Shown: positions 27,691 to 37,742 of the stretch, piece after piece
Layout of the letters: the number at the start of each line of letters is the position of its first letter
How positions within the stretch are numbered: the stretch's first letter is position 1
From: Minisyncoccia bacterium
GTDB taxonomy: Bacteria > Patescibacteriota > Minisyncoccia > UBA6257 > JAAZHW01
DNA length: 64,000 bases
NCBI GenBank assembly: GCA_049720475.1
Contig: JBNASH010000035.1
Coordinates: 20,015-84,014 of the forward strand
Direction of reading: 5' to 3'
Notes under the pieces: generated by a model
What the model was told of the DNA's origin: nothing
The model's input: the letters and a program-made list of their open reading frames with translations, nothing else
Database searches by the model: none
Made by a program: the position numbers and the translations under genes

Positions 27691-28545
27691 TCAATAATAT
27701 TTTTTAATAACTTTCGGGATTTTTTCAATAAGTTCAAAAATGTCGCTAGCCATTACACCCTCACCATATTTTTTGGCCGCTATCTCACCGGCTTTGCCAT
27801 TAATAAAAGCCGCGACCTTGGCCGCTTCAAAAGGAAAAACTCCTCTTGCTAACAAAGCGCCGCAAATTCCCGTTAAAGTATCTCCGAAACCGCCTTTGGT
27901 CATAAATGGCGAACCTGTTTTATTTAGAAAAACTTTTTCTCCATCTGAAATAATATCAATATTTCCTTTCAATAATATAACTGTTTTTAATTTTTTCGCC
28001 CATTTCTTCACTTTTTCTTTCCGTTCTTTTAAATTATTGCTTACCTTCTCGCCGGTTAAAATTCTAAATTCTTCACTATGCGGTGTTAAAACCGCCATTT
28101 TATTTTTGAGAATTTTTTTATCTTCAGCCACTGCCCGAATAGCTTCAGCATCAATAACCATTGGCAAATTAATTTTTTTAATAATTTCGCGAATAGCTTT
28201 ATAAGTTTTTTTATCTCTTTTTAATCCGCCGCCAATGATAAGTGCATCGAAATTTTTGGCTAATTCTAAAATTTTTGGCACATGTTTAATATGCAATTCG
28301 CCATCTAATGGATAAGTTATTAAATCTGGCAAAAAGGAAGCAACAACATCCATCGCTCTTTGATGACCAACAATTGTTACCAAATCAGCGCCTGCCCGCA
28401 AGGCTGCCACACCATTAAAAATTGGAGAACCGGTGAAACGCTCGCTTCCAGCAACAATTAGAACATAACCAAAATCACCTTTATGCACCCATTTTTTTCT
28501 TTTTGGATAATATTTTTTTAAACGCATATTTATTTTGCTATCCAC
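27691..28545 (-). CDS. ADP-dependent NAD(P)H-hydrate dehydratase (YjeF C-terminal domain / carbohydrate-kinase-like)
   Basis: KGDFGYVLIVAGS ... GDTLTGICGALLA motifs of the Nnr/YjeF_C family. Confidence 0.65.
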   Translation of the reverse strand: MDSKINMRLKKYYPKRKKWVHKGDFGYVLIVAGSERFTGSPIFNGVAALRAGADLVTIVGHQRAMDVVASFLPDLITYPLDGELHIKHVPKILELAKNFDALIIGGGLKRDKKTYKAIREIIKKINLPMVIDAEAIRAVAEDKKILKNKMAVLTPHSEEFRILTGEKVSNNLKERKEKVKKWAKKLKTVILLKGNIDIISDGEKVFLNKTGSPFMTKGGFGDTLTGICGALLARGVFPFEAAKVAAFINGKAGEIAAKKYGEGVMASDIFELIEKIPKVIKKYY

Positions 28546-29312
28546 CCACCATCAACCACTAAAACTTCTCCATTGACAAAATCAGATTCATCCGAAGCTA
28601 GATAAACCGCCGCCCAAGCAATATCTTCTGGTTCGCCCAAACGCGGATAAAGAGTTTGCGCCTCTAAAGCTTTTCGCTGTGTTTCATCTATTAATAAATC
28701 TTTTGTCATGGCTGTTTTGATAACGCCCGGCGCAATAGCATTAACATTGATTTTATATTTAGCGTATTCCAAAGCCATCTCGCGCGTCATCGCAATGATT
28801 CCGCCCTTTGACGCGCAATAATGAGCTAATTGATCAAAAGCAACCAATCCCGCAATCGAAGCAATATTTATAATTTTCCCTTTCCCCTGCTTCAACATAA
28901 AAGGGATAGCATTTTTGGAAACAAGAAAAACACTTTTCAAATTAACATTAATAATTTTATCCCAATCTTCTTCACTAATTTCATGAAATGGCGAAAATTT
29001 AACAATACCGGCATTATTAACAACGATATCAATTCTGCCAAAAACTTTTAACACCTCATTCACCATCTGAAAAACTTCTTCGCCTTTGCTAACATCGGTT
29101 TTGATAAAAATTGCCTCGCCATTATTTTTTCTAATTTCTTCAACTGTTGCCTGACCTCCCTCCTCCAACAAATCAACAACCGCCACTTTTGCTCCTTCTT
29201 TAGCAAAGATTAAAGCAATTCCTCGACCAATGCCTGACCCCGCGCCAGTAATAATCGCTACTTTATTTTTCAATCGCATATTTTTTAAAAAATTTTTAAT
29301 CGCCTCTTTCAC
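28530..29312 (-). CDS. Short-chain dehydrogenase/reductase (FabG-like)
   Basis: TGAGSGIGRGIA Rossmann motif, NNAG, and a catalytic Y-x-x-x-K (YCASKGG). Confidence 0.75.
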   Translation of the reverse strand: MKEAIKNFLKNMRLKNKVAIITGAGSGIGRGIALIFAKEGAKVAVVDLLEEGGQATVEEIRKNNGEAIFIKTDVSKGEEVFQMVNEVLKVFGRIDIVVNNAGIVKFSPFHEISEEDWDKIINVNLKSVFLVSKNAIPFMLKQGKGKIINIASIAGLVAFDQLAHYCASKGGIIAMTREMALEYAKYKINVNAIAPGVIKTAMTKDLLIDETQRKALEAQTLYPRLGEPEDIAWAAVYLASDESDFVNGEVLVVDGGWIAK

Positions 29313-29347
29313 TATTATTTTAACACTAAAACAGCAAAAATAAAATT

Positions 29348-29398
29348 TAGCGGGATTATTTCAATCCCGCTAAATTTTATTTTTCTTTTATTCTCAAA
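29348..29398. terminator. Rho-independent terminator (13-bp stem AAATTTAGCGGGA/TCCCGCTAAATTT) downstream of the tRNA-Cys/tRNA-Leu transcription unit. Usable in both directions.
   Basis: Long perfect stem flanked by T-runs on both strands. Confidence 0.55.
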
Positions 29399-29423
29399 TT
29401 TTCTATTTTCTAAATTTTATTTT

Positions 29424-29509
29424 TGTGCCCGGGGAGAGACTCGAACTCTCACGACCGGTGAGGGTCATTGGATTTTGAGTCCAACGCGTCTGCCAATTCC
29501 GCCACCCGG
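29424..29509 (-). tRNA. tRNA-Leu (anticodon CAA), class II
   Basis: Acceptor GCCCGGG/CCCGGGC, anticodon loop CTCAAAA, long variable arm, T-arm GAGTTCGAGTCTC. Confidence 0.85.
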
Positions 29510-29526
29510 GCAAATTTTATCTCCGG

Positions 29527-29598
29527 AGGCCTGGGTGGGAATCGAACCCACGTATAACGGTTTTGCAGACCGTTGCCTTACCACTTGGCTACCAGGCC
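29527..29598 (-). tRNA. tRNA-Cys (anticodon GCA)
   Basis: Acceptor GGCCTGG/CCAGGCC, anticodon stem ACGGT/ACCGT, loop CTGCAAA. Confidence 0.85.
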
Positions 29599-29668
29599 AA
29601 TTTTAAAGCTCTTTTATAAAAATATAAAATAATTTTTTAAAAATCAAGTTGGTCTTTTTAATCTTTAA

Positions 29669-30004
29669 TTAATCTTTAATTTTATTCAACACTTCTTCTA
29701 TTTCAGCCGCTTTTTCTTCTGATAAATCATAATGGATAATCAATTTGGGAACAGGATGCATTTTCAATTTTTTATTTAATAATTGCTGAAGTCGATAGAT
29801 ATTCATTTCAAAAAATTTTTGAATTTCTTCAGTTATTTTGGGATAAACACTGATAAAAACTTGTGCATGGGACAAATCTTTTGAAACACAAACCCTTGTC
29901 ACTGTAATTAAAAAATCAGGAGGTAATAACATCTCTTCTTTTAAAATCTCAGAAAAAACTTCTTTGATTAAACTATTAACTTGTGCTAAACGATAAGATG
30001 TCAT
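29669..30004 (-). CDS. rbfA: Ribosome-binding factor A
   Basis: 111 aa with the RbfA KH-like pattern (ITVTRVCVSKDLSHAQVFISV). Confidence 0.7.
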   Translation of the reverse strand: MTSYRLAQVNSLIKEVFSEILKEEMLLPPDFLITVTRVCVSKDLSHAQVFISVYPKITEEIQKFFEMNIYRLQQLLNKKLKMHPVPKLIIHYDLSEEKAAEIEEVLNKIKD

Positions 30005-31317
30005 AGTTGGTCAATTATTTTTTTTATTAAATCTAAAATTTCATCTAAAGTTTTTTTATCTTTTGCTTCGATATTCAAACGCAAAAGCATTGGTTCGGTT
30101 TGGGAAGTCCTTAGGTTAAAATGAAAATTTTTTGCCCAGATGGTTATGCCATCATTTTTGATTACCTTCGCTCCTTTTTTAAATCGTTTTTCTAAACTCT
30201 TAAAAATTAATTGAGTATAACTGTTATTTTTTATTCGAAAATTCATCTCGGGCAAAATAATATTTTTTTGATACTTCATTACCAAATCCTCTATTTTTTC
30301 TTTGTGTTGGGCAAAAAATTTTAAAAGCATCAGAAAGGAAAAAATTCCCGAATCCGCAAAAAAGAAAGGCTTCCAATAATAATGACCTGATTTTTCAATG
30401 CCCAGAAGAGCTTTATGTTTTTTCATCGCCTTTTTGAAAAAACTATGCCCCGCCATCGAAAAAAAGACTCGAAAACTATATTTTTTTGCTAAATCCATTA
30501 ATACTTTAGATGAACGATAATCTAAAATAATTGTTTTTGGCTTTTGATTTTTTACTGCTTCTAATAAAAATATGCCCACAATATCGCCCAAAACCATGTT
30601 CCCATTGGTATCAAACAAATATAACCGATCACCATCTTCATCAAATTGGATGATAAAATCGTTTTTTCTTTTTTTGATTAATCGCTTGCTAACTGGGCGG
30701 TGGATAAATTGAATGGATAAAGATAATTCTTTTTTTATTTTTTCTAAAATTAATTGAGTGCTTTTAGGACAACAAACTAAAATTTTTTTATTTTGAATTT
30801 TAGATAAAAAGTTTTTTATTTTACTCTGGGATAAAAGAAATTTAGCATAATCACCAACAAAATTTTTTCTAATGATTTTTCCTTTTGTTAAACCGATAGT
30901 AATTGGTTGATTCAAAAAATCTAAATTTTTCTTGAGCCACTCACCAGTTATTGCTTCAAGATTTTGATTATAAATTTTAAAACCAGTATATTTTTTTTCT
31001 AAATGCGATCCGGTGACGATAATTCCTAAATCAAATTTTTTTGTTTTAAGAAGATAATAAAGCATGGGCGTTGTAATAATGCCAGCATCGATTACTTCAA
31101 CATTATTTTGGATTAAACCTTGAGCCAAACCTTTAATAATCGCCAACCCATTTGACTTGGCGTCACGCCCAATAACAATTTTTGGTCTTTTTTTATTTAA
31201 GTCTATAATTTTTGGCAAATAATACCCTAATCGCCAAGCAACATCTGGATTAATATCCGTAGGAAAAATTCCTCTAATATCGTAAGCTAACAAAATTTTC
31301 TTTTTAATTGAATCCAT
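30001..31317 (-). CDS. Alpha-D-phosphohexomutase family protein (phosphogluco-, phosphomanno- or phosphoglucosamine-mutase-like, divergent active-site loop)
   Basis: YDIRG start motif. Active-site Ser in TGSHL (a variant of TASHNP). Metal-binding DEDGDR loop. Confidence 0.6.
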   Translation of the reverse strand: MDSIKKKILLAYDIRGIFPTDINPDVAWRLGYYLPKIIDLNKKRPKIVIGRDAKSNGLAIIKGLAQGLIQNNVEVIDAGIITTPMLYYLLKTKKFDLGIIVTGSHLEKKYTGFKIYNQNLEAITGEWLKKNLDFLNQPITIGLTKGKIIRKNFVGDYAKFLLSQSKIKNFLSKIQNKKILVCCPKSTQLILEKIKKELSLSIQFIHRPVSKRLIKKRKNDFIIQFDEDGDRLYLFDTNGNMVLGDIVGIFLLEAVKNQKPKTIILDYRSSKVLMDLAKKYSFRVFFSMAGHSFFKKAMKKHKALLGIEKSGHYYWKPFFFADSGIFSFLMLLKFFAQHKEKIEDLVMKYQKNIILPEMNFRIKNNSYTQLIFKSLEKRFKKGAKVIKNDGITIWAKNFHFNLRTSQTEPMLLRLNIEAKDKKTLDEILDLIKKIIDQL

Positions 31318-31360
31318 CTTATTTATAGTTTATAATAAAATTGCGATAAAAGCAAAAAAT

Positions 31361-32458
31361 ATGCTTTCTTTAGGAATTGTTGGTCTGCCCAACATTGGAA
31401 AATCAACTTTATTTCAAGCAATTACCAAAAAACAAGTAGGAATTGCCAATTTCCCTTTTACAACAATTGATCCCAACATCGGCATCGCTCCCGTTAAAGA
31501 TGAACGATTAGAAAAAATTGCCGCAATTCAAAAGTCTGAAAAAGTTATTCCCGCCACCGTAAAATTTGTTGACATTGCTGGCTTGGTTAAAGGAGCCGCT
31601 CAAGGACTGGGGTTGGGCAATCAATTTCTCGCTCACATTCGAGAAGTAACAGCTATTGTTGAAATTATTCGATTATTCATAAACGAAAACGTTCCGCACG
31701 TAGAAAAAAATGTCGATCCTTTAAGGGATTTAGAGATTATTTCAACAGAACTAATTTTAGCCGATTTAGAAACTCTAGAAAGAATTTTTACAAAATTAGA
31801 AGGAGATATTAAACGCCACGATAAAGAAGCAATGGCTAAATTTGAATTAATCAAAAAATTAGAAAATCATCTCCAAAGTAATAAATGGATTTCTTCCTAT
31901 CCCTTGAACGAAAAAGATCGTCTTTTAATAAAGGAGTATAATTTTCTCACGGCCAAACCATTATTAATTGTTTTAAATGTTGATGAATCTATTTCAGAAA
32001 AAGAAATTCAAAAAATTAAAGAGGAAATATTGAATGAGATGGCCGGCCAACTGCAAAGTGAAGATGTATTAGCAATGGATTTAGCAAAGGAATTGGACAT
32101 GACAAATTTAACTCCTAAAGAAGCAGAAGAATTGGGATTAACAAGGGCTTCTTATTTAAATAATTTAGATGATTTAATAAAAAGGGGTTATCAAATACTC
32201 AATCTCATCACTTTCTTCACAACTACCGGTCCAGAAGAAACGCGCGCCTGGCCCTTGAAAAATGGCTCAACGGTATGGGAAGCGGCAGGATTAATCCATA
32301 GAGATTTTCAAGAAAAATTTATTAAAGCAGAAATAGTTAATTGGCTGGATTTTGTTGAATTAAAATCGTGGGCGAAATGTCGCGAAACAGGAAAATTAAA
32401 AATTGAAGGCCGCGACTACATTGTGCAAGACGGCGATATTGTTTATTATAAAATCTAA
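31361..32458 (+). CDS. ychF: Ribosome-binding ATPase YchF (Obg-family GTPase)
   Basis: GIVGLPNIGKSTLF P-loop. NFPFTTIDPN. C-terminal TGS domain. Confidence 0.85.
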   Translation: MLSLGIVGLPNIGKSTLFQAITKKQVGIANFPFTTIDPNIGIAPVKDERLEKIAAIQKSEKVIPATVKFVDIAGLVKGAAQGLGLGNQFLAHIREVTAIVEIIRLFINENVPHVEKNVDPLRDLEIISTELILADLETLERIFTKLEGDIKRHDKEAMAKFELIKKLENHLQSNKWISSYPLNEKDRLLIKEYNFLTAKPLLIVLNVDESISEKEIQKIKEEILNEMAGQLQSEDVLAMDLAKELDMTNLTPKEAEELGLTRASYLNNLDDLIKRGYQILNLITFFTTTGPEETRAWPLKNGSTVWEAAGLIHRDFQEKFIKAEIVNWLDFVELKSWAKCRETGKLKIEGRDYIVQDGDIVYYKI

Positions 32459-32502
32459 TCATCTCTTGATTTTAATTTATATTTTTATATACTAAAGTTC
32501 AT

Positions 32503-32952
32503 ATGAATGCACTATTGATTCAAGAAGTAACCAAAGAACAACTAAAAAATATTCCAGAGATTAAAGCGGGAATGCATGTTCGCGTTCATGAAAAAGTAAA
32601 AGAAAAAGATAGAGAAAGAATTCAGGTTTTTGAAGGAATTGTTTTGGCCCGGAAACACGGCAAAGGCATTAATGCCACTTTTACCGTCAGAAAAATTGTT
32701 GACGGTATTGGCGTTGAAAAAACTTGGCCATTACATTCGCCTCTTATTGAAAAAATTGAAATTATTAAAGCACCAAAAACGCGCCGAGCAAAACTTTATT
32801 ATTTAAGAAATCTTTCTGTTAAAAAGACAAAGAAGAAATTAAAGAAGGTGGCAGCGTTTAAAGAAATTATTAAAGAAGAGCCAACAATTGAAAAAAATGA
32901 CAATCAAGAAAATAACAACCAAAAACAAGAGGAAAATATAAATCAAGAATAA
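32503..32952 (+). CDS. rplS: 50S ribosomal protein L19 with a C-terminal Lys/Glu-rich extension
   Basis: L19 core (GMHVRVHEKV ... IQVFEGIV ... TFTVRKI). Confidence 0.8.
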   Translation: MNALLIQEVTKEQLKNIPEIKAGMHVRVHEKVKEKDRERIQVFEGIVLARKHGKGINATFTVRKIVDGIGVEKTWPLHSPLIEKIEIIKAPKTRRAKLYYLRNLSVKKTKKKLKKVAAFKEIIKEEPTIEKNDNQENNNQKQEENINQE

Positions 32953-33036
32953 ATACTAACATAAAAACCATCATTTCGATGGTTTTTATGTTTTTATGGC
33001 TTGAATTTTTTTAGTTTTTTTCTATTATAAAATTAA

Positions 33037-33122
33037 GCCCAGGTGGTGGAATTGGTATACACACACGTTTGAGGGGCGTGGGCCTTTTGGCCGTGCGGGT
33101 TCGAATCCCGCCCTGGGCACCA
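33037..33122 (+). tRNA. tRNA-Leu (anticodon GAG), class II, with encoded 3' CCA
   Basis: Acceptor GCCCAGG/CCTGGGC, anticodon loop TTGAGGG, variable arm GGCCTTTTGGCC, T-arm GGGTTCGAATCCC, then ACCA. Confidence 0.8.
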
Positions 33123-33132
33123 AAATCAAATC

Positions 33133-33162
33133 AAAAAAGCAGCCATTCGGCTGCTTTTTTGA
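33133..33162. terminator. Bidirectional rho-independent terminator shared by tRNA-Leu(GAG) (+) and clpP (-)
   Basis: AAAAAAGCAGCC-ATTC-GGCTGCTTTTTT. Confidence 0.6.
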
Positions 33163-33174
33163 TTGATGCTTTTA

Positions 33175-33786
33175 CTATTTAATTCTTTTTTTAGTATTCT
33201 GAATAATTCCGTCTATTATGCCGTATTCTTTGGCATCTGGAGCGCTCAAATAAAAATCTCTGTCAGTATCCTTCTCAATTTTCTCTAATGGTTGACCAGT
33301 GTGTTTTGATAAAATCTCATTTATTTTATTTTTGATTTTTAAAATTTGTTTGGCAGTTATTTCAATTTCTACCGCTTGACCTTCGGCTCCTCCCATTACC
33401 TGGTGCAACAAAATTTCGGCATTGGGAAGCGCAAATCTCTTGCCTTTCGTTCCAGCTGCTAACAATACCGCCGCCGCTGATGCCGCTTGACCCAAACAAA
33501 TTGTTGAAACATCGGGCTTAACATATTGCATTGTGTCATAAATCGCCAACGCCGAAGTTACAATTCCGCCTGGGCTATTGATATAAAATTGAATATCTTT
33601 TTTGGGATCCTCATGCTCCAAAAACAAAAGCTGAGCAATAATGCTATTTGCTACCGCATCATTAATTGGACCGCCCAAAAAAATTATTCGCTCTTTTAAT
33701 AAACGCGAATAAATATCATAAGCCCTCTCACCAAATTGTGATTTTTCAATAACTGTTGGAATTAAATTAAAATATTCTTCTTCCAT
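33175..33786 (-). CDS. clpP: ATP-dependent Clp protease proteolytic subunit
   Basis: INSPGG ... [14 protein letters not shown] (Ser) ... LLHQVMGG (His) catalytic-triad context. Confidence 0.9.
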   Translation of the reverse strand: MEEEYFNLIPTVIEKSQFGERAYDIYSRLLKERIIFLGGPINDAVANSIIAQLLFLEHEDPKKDIQFYINSPGGIVTSALAIYDTMQYVKPDVSTICLGQAASAAAVLLAAGTKGKRFALPNAEILLHQVMGGAEGQAVEIEITAKQILKIKNKINEILSKHTGQPLEKIEKDTDRDFYLSAPDAKEYGIIDGIIQNTKKRIK

Positions 33787-33797
33787 ATTTTTGTTTT

Positions 33798-35087
33798 TTA
33801 ATTATTGACTTGATTTTCTAAAAATTGAAAGACTTTTTCATTGGTTAATCTTTCTTTAGTATATTCCATAAGCGCCGACCTGTCAATTTGATTGATATCA
33901 ACACCTTCCATTGCTCGTTGGTTCAAAATCTCTTCCATGGCCTCATTTATCTCTTCTGGCGACGGCTCACAATTTTCCAATTTGGCAATAGTTCTTAAAA
34001 TAATAAATCCTTTTAATGTTTTCTCCGCTTCTTTTCTTAACTCTTGTCTCAGCTCTTCTTCTTTTTTGTTTATCTTTTTTAAATATTCCTCAAATGTTAA
34101 TCCTTGATCTTCAATAAGATGCTTCAACGAATGGAATTGATTTTCGGTTTCACCATCAATTAAAATATCGGGCAATTCGATTTCGGTTTTTTCAATTAAC
34201 TTTTCGAGCAATAAAATTCGCAACCGCTCTTTTTCTTTTAGATCCTTTTCCATTAAAATCCCCTCTCTGATAGAATTTTTTAATTCGTCTAGACTATTGA
34301 AATTCCCCAAACTTTTTGCCCATTCATCATTTAGTTCTGGCAATTGCCTCTCGCTAACGTTTTTTACTTTAACCTCAAAATTTAATTCTTTTGATCGCAA
34401 ATTCTCCTTCCAATAATCATCTGAAATTTTTATCGAAATTTTTTTCTCTTCATTTTTGGATAGACCCTCTAGTTGTTCTTCAAATCCTTTGGGATATCTT
34501 CCCTGGCCCAAAATAAAACGATCAATTTCTGGAAATTCTTTTGTTAATTCACCATCAACAAAACACTTTGTTTCTATTTCAATAACATCATCTTTTTGAG
34601 CTGGTCGATCAACCTCAACAATTTTAGCACGAGATTTCTGTAACCATTCAACTGCTTCATTAATTTCTTTATCTGAAACTTCTAAAGTTCGCTTTTGCTT
34701 AAACACATCTTTACTAAGAGCCTTATAATCACCTAATTTTGGTTTTGGTAAAATCGCACTTTTTAGAGTGTATACAAATTCGTTTTGGGGAGCAATCTTT
34801 TTAATATTAACTTCTGGTTGACCAATTAATTCCAAATCTAATTCATTTATAATATCATTAAGACTTTTTCGAAATGCCAAATTGGCTGCCTCATCAAAAA
34901 TTTTTTCTTCTAGATCAGTATTTTTGATTAATTCTTCTGGAATGTTTCCCTTACGAAAACCATTTAGGTTAACTTCTTTTAAAACCTTATCTTTGGCTAA
35001 TTTCCAGAAATTCTCCATTTCTTCTGGAGATAACATCACCTCTAATTCAATTTGGGATTTTGGTAAATAAGAAATTTTGTGATTCAT
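33798..35087 (-). CDS. tig: Trigger factor
   Basis: N-terminal ribosome-binding domain (GFRKGNIP) and a PPIase-like middle domain. Classic tig-clpP linkage. Confidence 0.8.
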   Translation of the reverse strand: MNHKISYLPKSQIELEVMLSPEEMENFWKLAKDKVLKEVNLNGFRKGNIPEELIKNTDLEEKIFDEAANLAFRKSLNDIINELDLELIGQPEVNIKKIAPQNEFVYTLKSAILPKPKLGDYKALSKDVFKQKRTLEVSDKEINEAVEWLQKSRAKIVEVDRPAQKDDVIEIETKCFVDGELTKEFPEIDRFILGQGRYPKGFEEQLEGLSKNEEKKISIKISDDYWKENLRSKELNFEVKVKNVSERQLPELNDEWAKSLGNFNSLDELKNSIREGILMEKDLKEKERLRILLLEKLIEKTEIELPDILIDGETENQFHSLKHLIEDQGLTFEEYLKKINKKEEELRQELRKEAEKTLKGFIILRTIAKLENCEPSPEEINEAMEEILNQRAMEGVDINQIDRSALMEYTKERLTNEKVFQFLENQVNN

Positions 35088-35089
35088 AT

Positions 35090-36346
35090 CTAATTATCTT
35101 GCTTTTCCTCATTAATATTATCGACTTTTTCTAGGGTAACTTCTTCGGTAGAAGAATCTGCTTCTGCCTCAGCAACACCATCTTGAACAACTTGATCTGG
35201 CGCTGCCTCACTTCGAACATCTATTTTCCAGCCTGTTAATTTCGCTGCCAATCGTACATTTTGTCCTCCCTTGCCAATAGCTAATGATAATTGATCCTCT
35301 GGCACAAAAACTCTCATTTCTCGTCGTTGATGCATTTCTACTCTTGAAACTTTAGCTGGAGATAAAGCTTGGGCCACAAATTCTTCGGGATCCTCTGACC
35401 ATTTAATAATATCTATTTTTTCTTGACCTAATTCATTCAAAACAGCCATAATTCTCGTTCCTTTTTGACCAACACAAGAACCAATAGGATCAACGCCGGC
35501 CACAGTAGAATGAACAGCCACTTTACTGCGAAAACCAGCCTCACGAGCAATAGCCATAATTTTAACTACACCTGAAGCAATTTCCGGCACTTCCATTTCA
35601 AATAATTTCGAAATAAATTTGGGATGACTACGCGATAAAATAATCATTGGGCCCTTAGTATTTTCCTGAACGGCTAATAAATAGAATTTCATCCTTTCAC
35701 CAATACGATATCGTTCATTAGGAATAGCTTCATTATAAAACATCACGCCATCAACGCGGCCGAGATTAACATAAACATTCCTATTTTCTATTCTTTGAAT
35801 AATTCCACTCACTAACTCACCTTCTTTATTTTTGAATTCTTGAAGAACTGTTTCTTTCTCCGCCTCGCGTAATCGCTGTAAAATAACTTGTTTTGCTGTT
35901 TGGGCAGCAATTCGACCAAATTCTTCGTGTGATTCTAGTGGAAAAATTATTTCTTCTCCTGGTTTAGCTTCGGGTTTAATGACTTGCGCCTCTTCTAGAA
36001 GAATATGGCGCTCCGGATTAAATTTTATTTTTTTCACCACATCGCCGTCTTTAATTTGTTGTTCAACGGCAGTTAATTGAGAGCCTTCTTCTTTTTCAAT
36101 CTTGTCTCCTTCTTCCTCTTCTTCTTTTAACATATTTTTATCAACAACAATTTTTACTTGCCAAAATTTAACCTCACCAGTTTCAGGATCAATTTTTGCC
36201 CGCACAATATTGCTCTTATTCATATATTCTTTCTTATAAGCCGCGGCAATGGCTTGTTCAATTGCCTCTAAAATTTTGTCTTTGCTGATACCTTTTTCCT
36301 CAGCAATTTGATTAATCGCCAAAGAGAAATCTTTTAAATCAAACAT
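35090..36346 (-). CDS. nusA: Transcription termination/antitermination factor NusA
   Basis: N-terminal NusA domain, S1 and two KH domains, acidic C-terminal tail. Confidence 0.85.
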   Translation of the reverse strand: MFDLKDFSLAINQIAEEKGISKDKILEAIEQAIAAAYKKEYMNKSNIVRAKIDPETGEVKFWQVKIVVDKNMLKEEEEEGDKIEKEEGSQLTAVEQQIKDGDVVKKIKFNPERHILLEEAQVIKPEAKPGEEIIFPLESHEEFGRIAAQTAKQVILQRLREAEKETVLQEFKNKEGELVSGIIQRIENRNVYVNLGRVDGVMFYNEAIPNERYRIGERMKFYLLAVQENTKGPMIILSRSHPKFISKLFEMEVPEIASGVVKIMAIAREAGFRSKVAVHSTVAGVDPIGSCVGQKGTRIMAVLNELGQEKIDIIKWSEDPEEFVAQALSPAKVSRVEMHQRREMRVFVPEDQLSLAIGKGGQNVRLAAKLTGWKIDVRSEAAPDQVVQDGVAEAEADSSTEEVTLEKVDNINEEKQDN

Positions 36347-36455
36347 GATTTTATTGATTAAAACGACACTTTCTTAGTAATAAAGGCCCGTTAAACGGAC
36401 CTTTAATATATATTTTAATTTTAATAAATTATAAGATGATGTCAAGTAAATTATT

Positions 36456-37724
36456 TTATTTTTCAATCGGCAAATTAATTGGCGGTTCTCCTTTTTTCGC
36501 CTCAATTCTTTTAAGCATTGGCGCTTCCACCACTGTAACGGGGAAATGAAATAGCGTAGCCAACTCTTCAGTATTTAAAACCATTTTTGTACTAGAATTA
36601 AATTTGCGTTTCAAATAATTTTTAAATAAAACGGTTTTTTTCCAAAATTCTTTTTGTTCCTTGAATGGCCACTTGGCTTTAGGAATAGATGGTTTATATG
36701 GTTTAAATCCGTTCAAATGTAAAGTGTTAAATTGCCTAAAAAATCCCATAACGCTAGTGATATTTAAACGTGTAAAGGCGTCTCTTCGGTCTATATAAAC
36801 GAAACGAATCGTGACATCAAAAAGAAGTTTGGAAATTTTTCGTTGGATAGCCTCTATAATTTCTTTTTCTCCCGGTGTTAAATTTTGTACTGAACCTGGT
36901 GAACCAGGGGAAGCACTCTCTTCCCACCATTCCGGCGGTGTAATTGGCGCCCGAAATAAATGATAGAAAAATTCTAAAATATAATCAAAATACGAACGTG
37001 GCACCGGCTCTTTTTTTCCAATTAATTTTGCTACAATTGATTCTCCTTCCTTTTTACAACTATCATCGGCTGGTTTAAATAAAATCTGAATCCAGATTTT
37101 CTCATCAGGATTTAGTTTGCTAACTGTTTCAAATAAACTGGCTAATGGATCTATTATTTTCTCATCTTTATGCGATTCAAAATAAGGATAAGTTTGAATG
37201 GGATAAGGAGATGGTTGAATCAGCATCAAATCCAAACCCCATAAATCCCAAAATTTATTTGGCAAAGAAGTTGCAAAAACACTTGTATAATCATCTACCT
37301 CGTTTATTTCTAAATCAGGATATTGGGCGTAAAGATTTGATTCTACCAAGTTTTTATATTCTTTTGGTGTACGAATATAAAAAGATACACCTTCACCATT
37401 ACCCAATATTTCTGCGCTTAACCACAATTGAGTTTTGCCCTGAAAAACTCTTTCTTTCCAATTTGGTTTTGAAATTTGAATAGAGTGAAGCGCCGCAAAA
37501 ATATCTTCCATCGACTTAAAACTCTTTTCGATATTGCGAGGAATTTTTATCTCAAAAATTGTATACTCAACCTTCTTTAAAAATTTCTTTTTTACATATT
37601 CCAACCAAAGAGCATAAATTGCCTTAATCAAAACCAATGGAACAACAATCCACCATACTAATTTAAAAGCCTTCCAAATGAAAAAAAGAATTCCTTGTAA
37701 AATTTCCAGTACTTCGCTCATCAA
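36456..37724 (-). CDS. Hypothetical membrane-anchored protein, 422 aa
   Basis: One N-terminal TM helix followed by a large soluble domain with no recognisable motif. Co-directional and tightly spaced with the two genes upstream. Confidence 0.45.
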   Translation of the reverse strand: MMSEVLEILQGILFFIWKAFKLVWWIVVPLVLIKAIYALWLEYVKKKFLKKVEYTIFEIKIPRNIEKSFKSMEDIFAALHSIQISKPNWKERVFQGKTQLWLSAEILGNGEGVSFYIRTPKEYKNLVESNLYAQYPDLEINEVDDYTSVFATSLPNKFWDLWGLDLMLIQPSPYPIQTYPYFESHKDEKIIDPLASLFETVSKLNPDEKIWIQILFKPADDSCKKEGESIVAKLIGKKEPVPRSYFDYILEFFYHLFRAPITPPEWWEESASPGSPGSVQNLTPGEKEIIEAIQRKISKLLFDVTIRFVYIDRRDAFTRLNITSVMGFFRQFNTLHLNGFKPYKPSIPKAKWPFKEQKEFWKKTVLFKNYLKRKFNSSTKMVLNTEELATLFHFPVTVVEAPMLKRIEAKKGEPPINLPIEK

Positions 37725-37742
37725 TTTAATTATAATCTAAAA

